NCBI GenBank assembly: GCA_035649735.1
Contig: DASRIZ010000454.1
Location: 1,519 to 65,518, forward strand
Origin: Blastocatellia bacterium
Lineage (GTDB): Bacteria > Acidobacteriota > Blastocatellia > UBA7656
DNA: 64,000 bases
Direction of reading: 5' to 3'
Shown here: positions 1 through 9,288 of the stretch, in pieces
How the letters are laid out: every line of letters starts with the position of its first letter
Position numbering within the stretch: the first letter of the stretch is position 1
The notes under the pieces: generated by a model
Told to the model about the DNA's origin: nothing
Databases searched by the model: none
What the model saw: the letters and a program-made list of their open reading frames with translations, nothing else
Made by a program: the position numbers and the translations under genes

Positions 1-2
1 CT

Positions 3-239
3 CTGCTGATAACTGCCCGCCAGCTGGTTCCCGCGATGGCGGTTCTGGTGCTGCTAATGCTTGGCGCTACGCTGCTTTGGAATCAAGCGCCTGTTGATAC
101 CAATCAGAGGACAAACCAGGCAGCGGTTCGTCCAAGAGAGCGCGTCATATTCCCGGAAATGTACGACTATCCCGAGCCAACTCAAGAGGATGTGCTCGAA
201 ACCTTAGTGGCGGTCGAGGAGAAGGAAAATGGAAAGTAG
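3..239 (+). CDS. Partial (5'-truncated at window edge) hypothetical membrane protein; hydrophobic helix then periplasmic tail; possible anti-sigma-like partner of downstream LTXXQ protein
   Basis: Open frame runs to window start with no stop; TM-like segment LVLLMLGATLLW; 11-nt overlap with next ORF suggests coupling. Confidence 0.3.
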   Translation: MLITARQLVPAMAVLVLLMLGATLLWNQAPVDTNQRTNQAAVRPRERVIFPEMYDYPEPTQEDVLETLVAVEEKENGK

Positions 240-660
240 CACCAACAGCCGGTCAAAGGCTCGTATCATCGTTGTTACGGTATTCGTAATTGGATTCGCG
301 GCGGGGGCGCTTTCGCTAAATCTGTATCAACAACTGAACCCCTCCAGCAAAAACAACGGCCCACGCGGAGGACCCGAATACCTCATAAAGCGATTGAACG
401 ACGAAGTCGGACTCAAGTCTGATCAGCAGGACCAGATTAAGCAGATTCTCGACGAGACTCAGGAAAAGTATCGCGCGGTGAGGAAGGAAATGGAACCCGC
501 GGTAAAAGGGTTCGAGCCTAAATTCAACGCGGTTCGTGAAGAATCGCGCAACCGCATTAGAGCGTTGCTTACTCCCGAGCAACTTCCCAAGTACGAGGAA
601 ATGGTCAACAAACATGACCGAATGCGGGAGCAGGAAAGAGAGCGGTCCAAGAACAAGTGA
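229..660 (+). CDS. Periplasmic LTXXQ-motif (Spy/CpxP-like) protein
   Basis: N-terminal TM/signal segment, LTPEQ motif, charged coiled-coil-like composition. Confidence 0.45.
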   Translation: MESSTNSRSKARIIVVTVFVIGFAAGALSLNLYQQLNPSSKNNGPRGGPEYLIKRLNDEVGLKSDQQDQIKQILDETQEKYRAVRKEMEPAVKGFEPKFNAVREESRNRIRALLTPEQLPKYEEMVNKHDRMREQERERSKNK

Positions 661-756
661 TGGCTGCGAGTCATTGCCCCTTTTTAGTGTGCCGGCAGCT
701 CAAATCTGTGGAACTTGCAAGCTGCCACAAATGAATAGAAGAGAAGAATAAAGATA

Positions 757-3753
757 ATGAAAAGAACCACTGCAATCTTTCTCAGCTCACTTTTAGTGCT
801 GGCGAACCTTTTGAGTATCGCGGGGGGCGCGGCATTCGCTCAGGGATTGGTTGAACTGCGCGGCACGGTCATCGACGAAACCAACGCGTACATCGCCGCG
901 GCACCGATCACGCTCGAAGACTCTCAGGGCATAAAGCTCACCACCGTGGCCGATGAACGCGGCCGCTATCGTTTCAATGTAAAGCCGGGTATCTACACGC
1001 TGACCGTGGAAGTCGAAGGCTTTGCCAAGTTCGTCGAGCAGATCGATCTCACTTCAAAACCCATCGGGCCATTTGATGTGAAGATGAAGGTGAGTCTCAC
1101 CGAACAGGTGGAGGTCAAAGACACCACGGCTATTTCCACCGATCCGGATAAGAATCTGTCCGCGATTACTCTGACCGAGAAAGACCTCGAAGCTTTGCCC
1201 GATGACCCCGACGAGTTGCTTGAAACGCTAAAGCAGATGGCCGGTGCGGCCGGCGCCGACGCCGCCGTGTTTGTCGGCGGATTCCGCGAGCGCGGTCAGA
1301 TCCCGCCAAAAGAAGCGATTCTCAGAATAAACATGAATATGAATCCGTTCTCGGCGGAGCACACGGAGACCGGATTCGGTCGAATCGAAATCATTACTAA
1401 ACCGGGTGTTGATACATACCACGGCGGTTTCAATCTCAACTTCAACGATGAATCGCTCAACGCGCGCAACCCGTACGCTACGTTCCGGGCGCCTTTGCAG
1501 ACCCGCAGATTCGGCGGCTACTTCAGCGGTCCGATCATTCGAAATCGCGCGGGATTCTTCTTCGATTTTTCACGAAATGCGCTTGATGAGAATGAAGTAG
1601 TGAACGCTATCGTTTTGAATCCGGCGACGTTTCAACCGGAACCGTTTCTTGCAACTGTGCTGACCCCAAGGCGAGGCTACAACTTTTCTGTACGCACGGA
1701 TGTTCTCCTCACCAAGAAACACACGATCGGGTTTCAGTATCGGCATTCGATCAATGAGTCGCCGCTTGGCGGCGTCGGCGGTTTCAATCTTCCCGAGCGC
1801 GCCACATCCTCCAGTTCCAAAGAAGACACATTGCGGTTCTCGCTGACTACGATCGCAAGCGAACATGCGGTGAATGAGATGCGTCTTCAGTTGGGACGGC
1901 GCTCGAACGAGTCGCGCGGACAGTCGAATGAGGTCGCAATCAATGTGTTGGACTCGTTCTTCGGGGGAGGCGGTCAAAGCTTTACTGACAACCTCAACCG
2001 CAACCTGGATTTCGCCAACATTCTCACTTATACGCACAAGACTCACACAATTAAGACCGGTTTCACGGCCGAAGCCGAACGGTTTACCAATCTGAATCGC
2101 TCGAACTTCAACGGCACATTCACTTTCAGCTCACTGGCGCAATATTCGGCAGTGCTGCAGGGCGTGCCAGGCGTCCGTCCGTCTCAGTTCTCGACCAATC
2201 GCGGCGATCCGTTTATCGGGTTCTCGCAGTGGAATTACGGATGGTTCGTGCAGGACGACTGGAAGCTATCGCAAAGGCTTACGCTGTCGGCAGGGCTCAG
2301 ACACGATTTCCAAACGCACCTACAGGACAAGATCAACTTAGCGCCACGCTTCGGCGTCATTTGGGCTGTCGACAAGAAGACCAACATTCGCGGCGGCGGC
2401 GGAGTCTTTTATAGCAGGCTCGATACCAGCATCACGTCTGATGTGATCAGGTTCGACGGGGAACACCAGCAACAATTTGTGATTCAGCAGCCCGGCTTCT
2501 TCCCCACTATCCCGAGCAACCTTGCGCTTGTCGCTCAAATTCCGCCAACCACGCGAATAAAGGCCGAGGACATAAACGCACCGTACACCATACAAAGTAG
2601 CGTCAGCTTTGACCGTCAGTTGCCCAAAAACATGTTTGTTTCGACCACCTACAACTTCTTCCGGGGCATCCATCTGCTGCGTATGCGAAACATCAACGCT
2701 CCGATTGGGTTTGAGAACGGCCAGCCGATACGACCCTTCCCTGATCAAGGACCCATCCTTCAATACGAGTCGACCGGGTTCTCGAGACGACACGAATTGC
2801 GAGTCGTCTTACAAGCAAGAATTAACCAGAAGTTCCAGATGTTTACGACCTACACGCTCGGGTCCGCGCATAGCGATACGGATCGTTCGTCCACGATGCC
2901 GGCCAATCCGTATGATCTTTCAAACGAGTACGGGCGAGCGTCGTTTGATTCGCGGCACAGGTTCAGCATCGTCGGAAACTTTACGCTGCCGTGGGAAGTG
3001 CGACTTACACCAAATATCAACTTGCAGAGTGGTGGTCCGTTCAATATCACAACCGGCCGCGACAATAACGGCGACAATTCATTCATGGACCGGCCGGCGT
3101 TTGCGAATCCCGGTGATCCCGGAGCAATCGTAACGCGATTCGGAACGTTCAACCCCTTTCCGCAGCCGGGCGATGAAATAATCCCACGCAACTTCGGGCA
3201 GGGACCGGGCTCGATTACTATGAACGTCGGCATATCGAAGACCTTCAGCTTCGGTCCGCCGCCTAATAACTTCCCCGGCATGTCAGCCGCTAACCGTGGT
3301 CCGCAACCCACCCAGGGGCGACAACAAGGTGGCGCCCAGGCACAGAATCAAGGGCGCGGTGGCCGGGGTGACGGCGGCAGTGGCGGCGCCGGTCGCGGTG
3401 GTCAGGCCGCAGCCGCTCAGGGTGGTCGCGGGGGCGGAAACGCCGGCGGACAAGCTCGTGGTGGGCCCGGCGGTGGTGGTCCTACGATGATGATGGCCGG
3501 CGGTGGCGGCGGCGGGATGATGATGATGGGCCCTGGCGGCTTTGGGCAAACCCGACACAAATACAACTTAACGTTCAGCATCAATGCCATTAACGTCCTT
3601 AATCACCAAAACGAAGGTCAGTTCAACGGTACGCTGACTTCGCCGTTTTTTGGGAGATCCAATAGCAGCGGCGGCGGCGGCGGCGGTGGCTTTGGGGGCT
3701 TCAGTTTTAACGGCGCCAGGAGAATTGACCTCAGCCTGAGGTTTAATTTCTAA
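757..3753 (+). CDS. TonB-dependent-receptor-like outer membrane protein with N-terminal carboxypeptidase-regulatory-like domain and Gly/Met-rich low-complexity insert
   Basis: Signal peptide; CarbopepD_reg-like N-terminus (VIDETNAYIAAAPITL...); beta-barrel-like length; C-terminal ...LSLRFNF terminal Phe typical of OMP sorting signal. Confidence 0.7.
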   Translation: MKRTTAIFLSSLLVLANLLSIAGGAAFAQGLVELRGTVIDETNAYIAAAPITLEDSQGIKLTTVADERGRYRFNVKPGIYTLTVEVEGFAKFVEQIDLTSKPIGPFDVKMKVSLTEQVEVKDTTAISTDPDKNLSAITLTEKDLEALPDDPDELLETLKQMAGAAGADAAVFVGGFRERGQIPPKEAILRINMNMNPFSAEHTETGFGRIEIITKPGVDTYHGGFNLNFNDESLNARNPYATFRAPLQTRRFGGYFSGPIIRNRAGFFFDFSRNALDENEVVNAIVLNPATFQPEPFLATVLTPRRGYNFSVRTDVLLTKKHTIGFQYRHSINESPLGGVGGFNLPERATSSSSKEDTLRFSLTTIASEHAVNEMRLQLGRRSNESRGQSNEVAINVLDSFFGGGGQSFTDNLNRNLDFANILTYTHKTHTIKTGFTAEAERFTNLNRSNFNGTFTFSSLAQYSAVLQGVPGVRPSQFSTNRGDPFIGFSQWNYGWFVQDDWKLSQRLTLSAGLRHDFQTHLQDKINLAPRFGVIWAVDKKTNIRGGGGVFYSRLDTSITSDVIRFDGEHQQQFVIQQPGFFPTIPSNLALVAQIPPTTRIKAEDINAPYTIQSSVSFDRQLPKNMFVSTTYNFFRGIHLLRMRNINAPIGFENGQPIRPFPDQGPILQYESTGFSRRHELRVVLQARINQKFQMFTTYTLGSAHSDTDRSSTMPANPYDLSNEYGRASFDSRHRFSIVGNFTLPWEVRLTPNINLQSGGPFNITTGRDNNGDNSFMDRPAFANPGDPGAIVTRFGTFNPFPQPGDEIIPRNFGQGPGSITMNVGISKTFSFGPPPNNFPGMSAANRGPQPTQGRQQGGAQAQNQGRGGRGDGGSGGAGRGGQAAAAQGGRGGGNAGGQARGGPGGGGPTMMMAGGGGGGMMMMGPGGFGQTRHKYNLTFSINAINVLNHQNEGQFNGTLTSPFFGRSNSSGGGGGGGFGGFSFNGARRIDLSLRFNF

Positions 3754-3789
3754 GCTGAACGCGTATTCATTTAGGAGTTCGAAGTAACA

Positions 3790-4515
3790 ATGAAAAAAAT
3801 TCTGGGAGTAGCGTTTTCTCTTGCAATGATAGCCGGCGGAGCAACGACCGCCTCCGCACAGGATCAGCCACCGCCACCTCCTCCGGGGTTCCAGGGCGGC
3901 GGTGGTCAACGAATGATGCAGTTTCAAATGCCGACTTTTGCTGATCTGGACAAAAACAAAGATAAGAAGATCAGCAAAGACGAAATGCCTTCTCAGTTTC
4001 CACCTCAGATGTTCGACAGAGTGGACACAAACCGCGATGGTTCAATCGATGAAGAGGAGTGGAAGGCGCTGACCACTCAGTTCGGTGCGGGCCGGCCCGG
4101 CGGAGAACGGATGATGGTACAAGGTCCGCGGCTCGGCGAGACCTTGGCCAAACTTCTGGATGGAAACACCGACACCAAAGTGTCACGCGAGGAGTTTGCC
4201 AAGATCGTTACGCTTTTCGACGCACTTGATAAGGACCACAACGGCGAGCTAACAACCGAAGAGATGAATGGTTTCCTTCGGGCGGCGAACGAAGCGTCGA
4301 ATGAGGCGACCGGCGGCGTCGAGGTGGCGGCCCTTTTCGATAAAAACGACAAGAACAAGGACGGCAAAATCACCGCCGAGGAAATGGCCAACGAGCGCGC
4401 GTTCAAAGGGCTGGATCTCAACAAAGACGGCGAGGTTACTCGCTCCGAAGCCGATACAGCGCTAAAGCAACTAAAGAAGGCGAGCGAGGCGAAAAAGACA
4501 GCGCAACCGAACTAA
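3790..4515 (+). CDS. Secreted EF-hand calcium-binding protein (five EF-hand loops)
   Basis: Signal peptide; repeated DxDxDG-type loops (DLDKNKDKKISKDE, DTNRDGSIDEEE, DKDHNGELTTEE, DKNKDGKITAEE, DLNKDGEVTRSE). Confidence 0.7.
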   Translation: MKKILGVAFSLAMIAGGATTASAQDQPPPPPPGFQGGGGQRMMQFQMPTFADLDKNKDKKISKDEMPSQFPPQMFDRVDTNRDGSIDEEEWKALTTQFGAGRPGGERMMVQGPRLGETLAKLLDGNTDTKVSREEFAKIVTLFDALDKDHNGELTTEEMNGFLRAANEASNEATGGVEVAALFDKNDKNKDGKITAEEMANERAFKGLDLNKDGEVTRSEADTALKQLKKASEAKKTAQPN

Positions 4516-4622
4516 CTTCAGCTTGCGGGCTGAACGCTTAGCGCCAACAATCAGAGGAGTGACGAGCTTTAAAGCTTTTCACTCCTCGGTCCTTTTATAG
4601 GCATCAGAAACTTCAAACCAGC

Positions 4623-5303
4623 ATGCTCAAAGCCATCATTTTCGATTGCGACGGCGTGATCGCCGACACCGAGCCGATTCACCTCGCCTGTTTCAGACGC
4701 GTTCTCGCCGAGGAAGGCATCACTCTCACCGATGAGGATTACTTCGCGCACTACCTCGCGCTCGACGATCGGGGCTGTTTTTCAAAGGTATTCGCACAAA
4801 ACCGTGCTTCAATGTCGCCGGATAAATTGACGGAGCTGATCACGAGGAAGGCCGGACACGTCGAACACGCGATGAAAACAGAGCTCACACTGTTGCCAGG
4901 AGCCGCGGAGTTTATACACAGAGCAGCAGAGCGATATCCGCTTGCTGTTGCATCCGGCGCGCTCCGAGCGGAGGTCGAGACGATCGTGAATCACGGCGGG
5001 TTGCGAGATTGTTTCAGAGCGATCGTCTGCGCTGAAGATACGCCTCGCAGTAAGCCTCATCCCGATCCATTCATCAAAGCACTTGAACTCCTCAACCTGC
5101 CACCTGCTAGTCGAATCGAGCCGCGGGAGTGTCTGGTGATCGAAGATTCCATTCACGGTATTCGAGCGGCACAGGAGGCAGGAATGCGATGTCTCGCGGT
5201 AACCAATTCCTATCCCAGAGAACAACTCTCCGAAGCACAGCTTGTTGTTGATAGTCTCCTCGGATTGTCTTTGGATGACATCGAAAGACTTTTCCATGCG
5301 TAG
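4623..5303 (+). CDS. HAD-superfamily hydrolase, subfamily IA (beta-phosphoglucomutase-like)
   Basis: Motif I FDCDGVIADTE at N-terminus; overall HAD-IA architecture. Confidence 0.75.
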   Translation: MLKAIIFDCDGVIADTEPIHLACFRRVLAEEGITLTDEDYFAHYLALDDRGCFSKVFAQNRASMSPDKLTELITRKAGHVEHAMKTELTLLPGAAEFIHRAAERYPLAVASGALRAEVETIVNHGGLRDCFRAIVCAEDTPRSKPHPDPFIKALELLNLPPASRIEPRECLVIEDSIHGIRAAQEAGMRCLAVTNSYPREQLSEAQLVVDSLLGLSLDDIERLFHA

Positions 5304-5398
5304 AAACGTAAGCCTGCATCGTGGACTTTCAATGACCACCGTCGTAATATAGTCGATCACTGCGTGAGCGATTAGAGCGAATCTAGGAGCCATTGAGC

Positions 5399-6427
5399 AT
5401 GTCCGAGCCGGTGATTGAAAGCATCGTGCCCAACGCGGGGGTGGAAGGCGGCGAAGTGATAATCACGTGTAAGGATTTCGTCTTCTCCACCTACGACGAT
5501 GCGCGAGTCCGATTCAGCGGGGCGGAGACGAGACCGATAAGCGCCTCATCGACCCGGGTGATTGCGCCGGTGCCTTCCGAGATGTTTGTCGACGGCGGCG
5601 AAGTATACATAACTCTGGAATCCAACGGTTCTGTTAGCGCTGGCGTGCCATTCATAGTTGGGGTGAAGATGGCCGAGAACCTGCATCCGGTGGCGAATCC
5701 CGCGTACGATCGCGATAACGGCGCGGTGTTCACAACTCTCTCGGGCACTCGCGGACAGAAAGTCCCGGTCTCTGTTTACAAGATCACCCCGGACGGCGAT
5801 AGCCAGCCGTTTTTGACCGACATGATCAATCCGACCGGGCTAGCCTTCAGTCCCGGCGGAGAAATGTTTATCACAAGCCGCTACGACGGCACGGTATATC
5901 GGGTGACGCCGTTCAAGGAAACCGAGGAGTTCGCGCGTAATCTCGGTATCGCCACCGGGATCGCCTTTGATTCCGAGGGGCAGATGTTCGTAGGCGATCG
6001 AAGCGGGACTATTTACCGAGTGAACGATATCGGCGAAGGGACAAGTTTTGCGACTCTCGAGCCGAGCATGGCCGCCTACCATCTGGCGTTTGGACCTGAC
6101 GGTTATCTGTACGTGACCGGCCCCACGCTTTCGAGCTTCGATTCGGTTATGCGGATCAGCCGGGATGGAGAAGTGACGAGATTCTTTTCGGGGCTCGGGC
6201 GGCCCCAAGGTCTGGCGTTTGATCGCGACGGAAATCTGTACGTCGCCGCCAGTCGCAAGGGGCATCGCGGAATCGTAAAGATTACGCCCGATGCTGAGGC
6301 CGAGATGGCTGTTGCCGGAATCGGCATCGTGGGTCTCTGTTTTGACGATCAGGGAAATATGATCGCGGCAACCAACCGCGAGCTATTCCGGGTACATCTT
6401 GGGATCGAAGGCTATTGGCCGTTTTGA
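5399..6427 (+). CDS. NHL-repeat beta-propeller protein with N-terminal IPT/TIG-like domain
   Basis: Repeated GxAFD / GxxYVxD blocks (GLAFSPGGEMFIT, GIAFDSEGQMFVGD, GLAFDRDGNLYVA) typical of NHL repeats. Confidence 0.55.
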   Translation: MSEPVIESIVPNAGVEGGEVIITCKDFVFSTYDDARVRFSGAETRPISASSTRVIAPVPSEMFVDGGEVYITLESNGSVSAGVPFIVGVKMAENLHPVANPAYDRDNGAVFTTLSGTRGQKVPVSVYKITPDGDSQPFLTDMINPTGLAFSPGGEMFITSRYDGTVYRVTPFKETEEFARNLGIATGIAFDSEGQMFVGDRSGTIYRVNDIGEGTSFATLEPSMAAYHLAFGPDGYLYVTGPTLSSFDSVMRISRDGEVTRFFSGLGRPQGLAFDRDGNLYVAASRKGHRGIVKITPDAEAEMAVAGIGIVGLCFDDQGNMIAATNRELFRVHLGIEGYWPF

Positions 6428-6447
6428 CACTATAGGGCTCACGTAGT

Positions 6448-6520
6448 AACGAATTTATTCGTTACGTTTTGTGAGTCGCAATTCGTTAAACACCCAGAAC
6501 GAATAGATTCGTTGCTACGT
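6448..6520. promoter_or_regulatory. Two 16-bp palindromes AACGAAT-NN-ATTCGTT plus an extra half-site, in an AT-rich island upstream of the M50 protease gene; candidate operator array
   Basis: aacgaatttattcgtt (6451-6466) and aacgaatagattcgttg (6501-6516), half-site attcgtt at ~6485; flanked by larger imperfect inverted repeat cacgtagtaacgaat / attcgttgctacgtg. Confidence 0.4.
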
Positions 6521-6655
6521 GGATACCGCAATACCTGAACACCTACTACTTCCAAACACCATCTTCCAATACCCATTCTTTGACATGACCAACAGCGCGT
6601 GTTAGCTTTCAGATGATTATAAGAGGACCCCGAGTCGGACGCGGAGCATTCATTT

Positions 6656-7369
6656 TTGGAAAACATCGATTTTGGAAACCTGATCATCTGGTTCATAGTT
6701 CTTTTGTTCTCACTGTCGTTTCACGAGGCTGCTCACGCGTGGACATCTGAGCGATTTGGTGATTCCACTGGACGCTATCAGGGCCGGATCACTCTCAACC
6801 CGATGGCTCACATCGATCCAGTGGGCACGCTAGTGTTCCCGATTTTAGGCTTTATCACGGGGTTTCCGCTTCTGGGATGGGCGAAGCCCGTGCAGACCAA
6901 TCCGTTGTTGTGGCGTGATAAGACGAAAGCCAACATATGCGTCTCGGCCGCCGGGCCGATTAGCAACTTCATTCTGGCCTCCGTCGCGTTCATCATCATC
7001 AAAGCATTAATCATCGGGGGTTTGCTGTTCCCGATCGGCGGATTCTTCACTTTAGTGGTCCCCGCTGGCGCAGTTTTTTCTGAAGTTGCGCAGCCTGCCT
7101 ATTTGGAGCCGCTGGCAAAGTTCTTGAGCGTCATGCTGATGCTCAACATTGCGCTCGGGGTGTTCAACTTGATTCCCGTACCGCCGCTAGATGGCAGTCA
7201 CGTGCTTGAGGAATTGCTGCCACCAGGAATGTCGGCGGCTTACGAGCAGATACGTCCTTACGGATTCATTTTGCTGTACGCTCTGTTATTGCTCGGCGTG
7301 TTCACAGCGATCTTCAATCCGATAAGCGGGCTTATCGAAATGCTGCTGGGCGCGCGCCGATTCCGCTAG
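6656..7369 (+). CDS. Site-2 protease family (M50) zinc metallopeptidase, membrane-embedded
   Basis: HEAAHAW (HExxH) in first TM helix; second motif LIPVPPLDGSHV (LDG); multiple TM segments; TTG start assumed. Confidence 0.7.
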   Translation: MENIDFGNLIIWFIVLLFSLSFHEAAHAWTSERFGDSTGRYQGRITLNPMAHIDPVGTLVFPILGFITGFPLLGWAKPVQTNPLLWRDKTKANICVSAAGPISNFILASVAFIIIKALIIGGLLFPIGGFFTLVVPAGAVFSEVAQPAYLEPLAKFLSVMLMLNIALGVFNLIPVPPLDGSHVLEELLPPGMSAAYEQIRPYGFILLYALLLLGVFTAIFNPISGLIEMLLGARRFR

Positions 7370-7393
7370 ATGGGTCGGCAAGAGTATTAGCCA

Positions 7394-8407
7394 ATGCCCT
7401 CCATAAGTGAAAAAAAGAAACGAATAGTCAGCGGCATGCGCCCGACCGGGAATCTGCATCTCGGCAACTATGAAGGCGCGCTCAAGAACTGGGTCCGCCT
7501 GCAAGACTCAGGCGAATACGAGTGCTTCTACTTTATCGCCGATTTGCACGCGCTTACGAGCGACTACGCCGATACCAGCGCGATCAAGCAGAACACGGTT
7601 GACATGGTAAGCGACTGGGTTGCGTCCGGGCTCGATCCTGAGCGCTCGACGATATTTGTTCAGTCGATGATACCCGAGCACTCGGAGCTTCACCTGATCC
7701 TCTCGGCGGTGACGCCGCTTGGCTGGCTCGAACGCGTGCCAACCTACAAAGAGCAGCGTGAGAACATCAGCGGGAAGGATATCGGCAACTACGCTTTTCT
7801 TGGCTACCCCGTGCTCCAGGCCGCTGACATCATCATCTACAAGGCCGACTTTGTGCCGGTCGGCAAAGATCAAGCGTCGCACGTCGAGTTGACCCGCGAG
7901 ATCGTCCGACGCTTCAACAACTTCTTTGGTGACGTATTCCCCGAGCCTAAGGCGCTTCACACCGAAGTCCCGGTGTTGCCAGGTACCGACGGCCGGAAGA
8001 TGTCCAAAAGCTACGCGAACGCGATTTATCTGGTGGATTCGGCCGAAGTAGTGCGAGAGAAAGCGAGGTTGATGATCACCGATCGCACCCGGATTAAGAG
8101 GACCGATCCGGGTCACCCGGAAAACTGTGACGTGTGCCAGATGCATCGGTTCTTTTTGAACCCGGCCGACGCTGACCGTTATGATGACGATTGCCGCGGC
8201 GCTCGGATCGGTTGCGTCGATAGAAAGCGCGCCTTGGCTGATTCGATCATCGAGCGATATGGCGCAATCGCCGAACGGAGCCGGCAGCTTCGTGAAACGC
8301 CGGAGCAGGTCGTCGCAATAATCAAGGAAGGCTCGCGGCGCGCAAGACTCGAAGCGCAAAAGACGATGGGGGAAGTTCGTCGAGCAATCAAGATGGATTG
8401 GGACTAA
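7394..8407 (+). CDS. trpS: Tryptophan--tRNA ligase
   Basis: Class I aaRS HIGH-like motif (PTGNLHLGNYEGAL) and KMSKS motif; length ~337 aa. Confidence 0.9.
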   Translation: MPSISEKKKRIVSGMRPTGNLHLGNYEGALKNWVRLQDSGEYECFYFIADLHALTSDYADTSAIKQNTVDMVSDWVASGLDPERSTIFVQSMIPEHSELHLILSAVTPLGWLERVPTYKEQRENISGKDIGNYAFLGYPVLQAADIIIYKADFVPVGKDQASHVELTREIVRRFNNFFGDVFPEPKALHTEVPVLPGTDGRKMSKSYANAIYLVDSAEVVREKARLMITDRTRIKRTDPGHPENCDVCQMHRFFLNPADADRYDDDCRGARIGCVDRKRALADSIIERYGAIAERSRQLRETPEQVVAIIKEGSRRARLEAQKTMGEVRRAIKMDWD

Positions 8408-8411
8408 AAGA

Positions 8412-8439
8412 ATTGCGGATTGTGGATTGCGGATTGCGG
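8412..8439. repeat. Tandem heptamer repeat (ATTGCGG/ATTGTGG x4) between trpS and scpA; same heptamer family as hairpin at 17505-17568
   Basis: attgcgg attgtgg attgcgg attgcgg read directly. Confidence 0.6.
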
Positions 8440-8441
8440 AA

Positions 8442-9215
8442 ATGAAAGAAGCGTCAGGTCAGGAAATAAATCAGCTTGCTGGGGAATCACAACCCGAATT
8501 TGCTGAGACTACCGATCAGTACAAAGTCAAGCTCTCGATGTTCGAAGGGCCGCTCGACCTTTTGCTATACCTGATCCGCAAGGAAGAGGTTTCGATTTAC
8601 GACATCCCAATCGCGCGGATCAGCGAACAATACCTCGAATACCTGCGCGCGATGCAGGAACTGGACATCGGCGTGGCTGGCGAGTTTTTGGTGATGGCTG
8701 CGACGTTGATTCACATCAAGACCCAGATGCTTCTGCCGCGCGATCCGGATGCGCCCGAGGGCGAGATCGAGGACCCGCGCAAAGAGCTTGTCTACCAATT
8801 GCTCGAGCATCAGAAATTCAAGGGCGCCGCGAATGTGCTTCACCAGCGGGCGATGATGGAATCGGCCGCCTTTACCCGAGCTTCGATGGATGAGGATAAG
8901 GACAATCCCGAAGTTGCGGCGACGGTTTTTCAGTTATTCGAGGTCTTCAAAGAAGTGATGGATCGGCGCCGAGCGATCAGCGAGATCGAGATCGCTCGAG
9001 ATGAGATGACGATGTCCGAGAAGATCGCCGAGATCAAACTGATGCTCGAGGATTCGGCTCAAGTCAGCGCCAGGACGCTGTTCGAGCGCGCCCGTTCGCG
9101 CCGCGAGATGGTGTTGATCTTTTTGTCAGTGCTCGAACTGGTCAAGGAGCTGGCAATCCGCCTGACCCAATCCGAGATATTCGGTGACATTGTGTTGGTG
9201 AAACGTGAAATGTGA
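8442..9215 (+). CDS. scpA: Segregation and condensation protein A
   Basis: Conserved N-terminus LSMFEGPLDLLLYLIRKEEVSIYDIPIARI; ATG at 8442 chosen over in-repeat TTG at 8427. Confidence 0.85.
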   Translation: MKEASGQEINQLAGESQPEFAETTDQYKVKLSMFEGPLDLLLYLIRKEEVSIYDIPIARISEQYLEYLRAMQELDIGVAGEFLVMAATLIHIKTQMLLPRDPDAPEGEIEDPRKELVYQLLEHQKFKGAANVLHQRAMMESAAFTRASMDEDKDNPEVAATVFQLFEVFKEVMDRRRAISEIEIARDEMTMSEKIAEIKLMLEDSAQVSARTLFERARSRREMVLIFLSVLELVKELAIRLTQSEIFGDIVLVKREM

Positions 9216-9280
9216 TGCGTGAAACGTGATGCGTGACCGGAGGTCCGGTCACGCATCACGTTTTACGCATCACGTTTCAC
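9198..9280. repeat. Long near-perfect hairpin (22-bp stem, 4-nt loop) built from GTGAAAC/GTGATGC heptamers, between scpA and scpB
   Basis: gtgaaacgtgatgcgtgaccgg-aggt-ccggtcacgcatcacgttttac; 1 mismatch in stem. Confidence 0.7.
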
Positions 9281-9288
9281 TTATCCTT

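Noticed and set aside
3283-3558. Minus-strand ORF rich in His/Ala/Thr within the OMP gene
   Set aside because: It arises from the reverse complement of the GGC/GGT-rich Gly run and has no independent support.
6439-6696. 85-aa minus-strand ORF across the AT-rich intergenic island
   Set aside because: Codon composition is atypical and it lies across palindromic operator-like repeats, so I interpret the region as regulatory or ncRNA instead.
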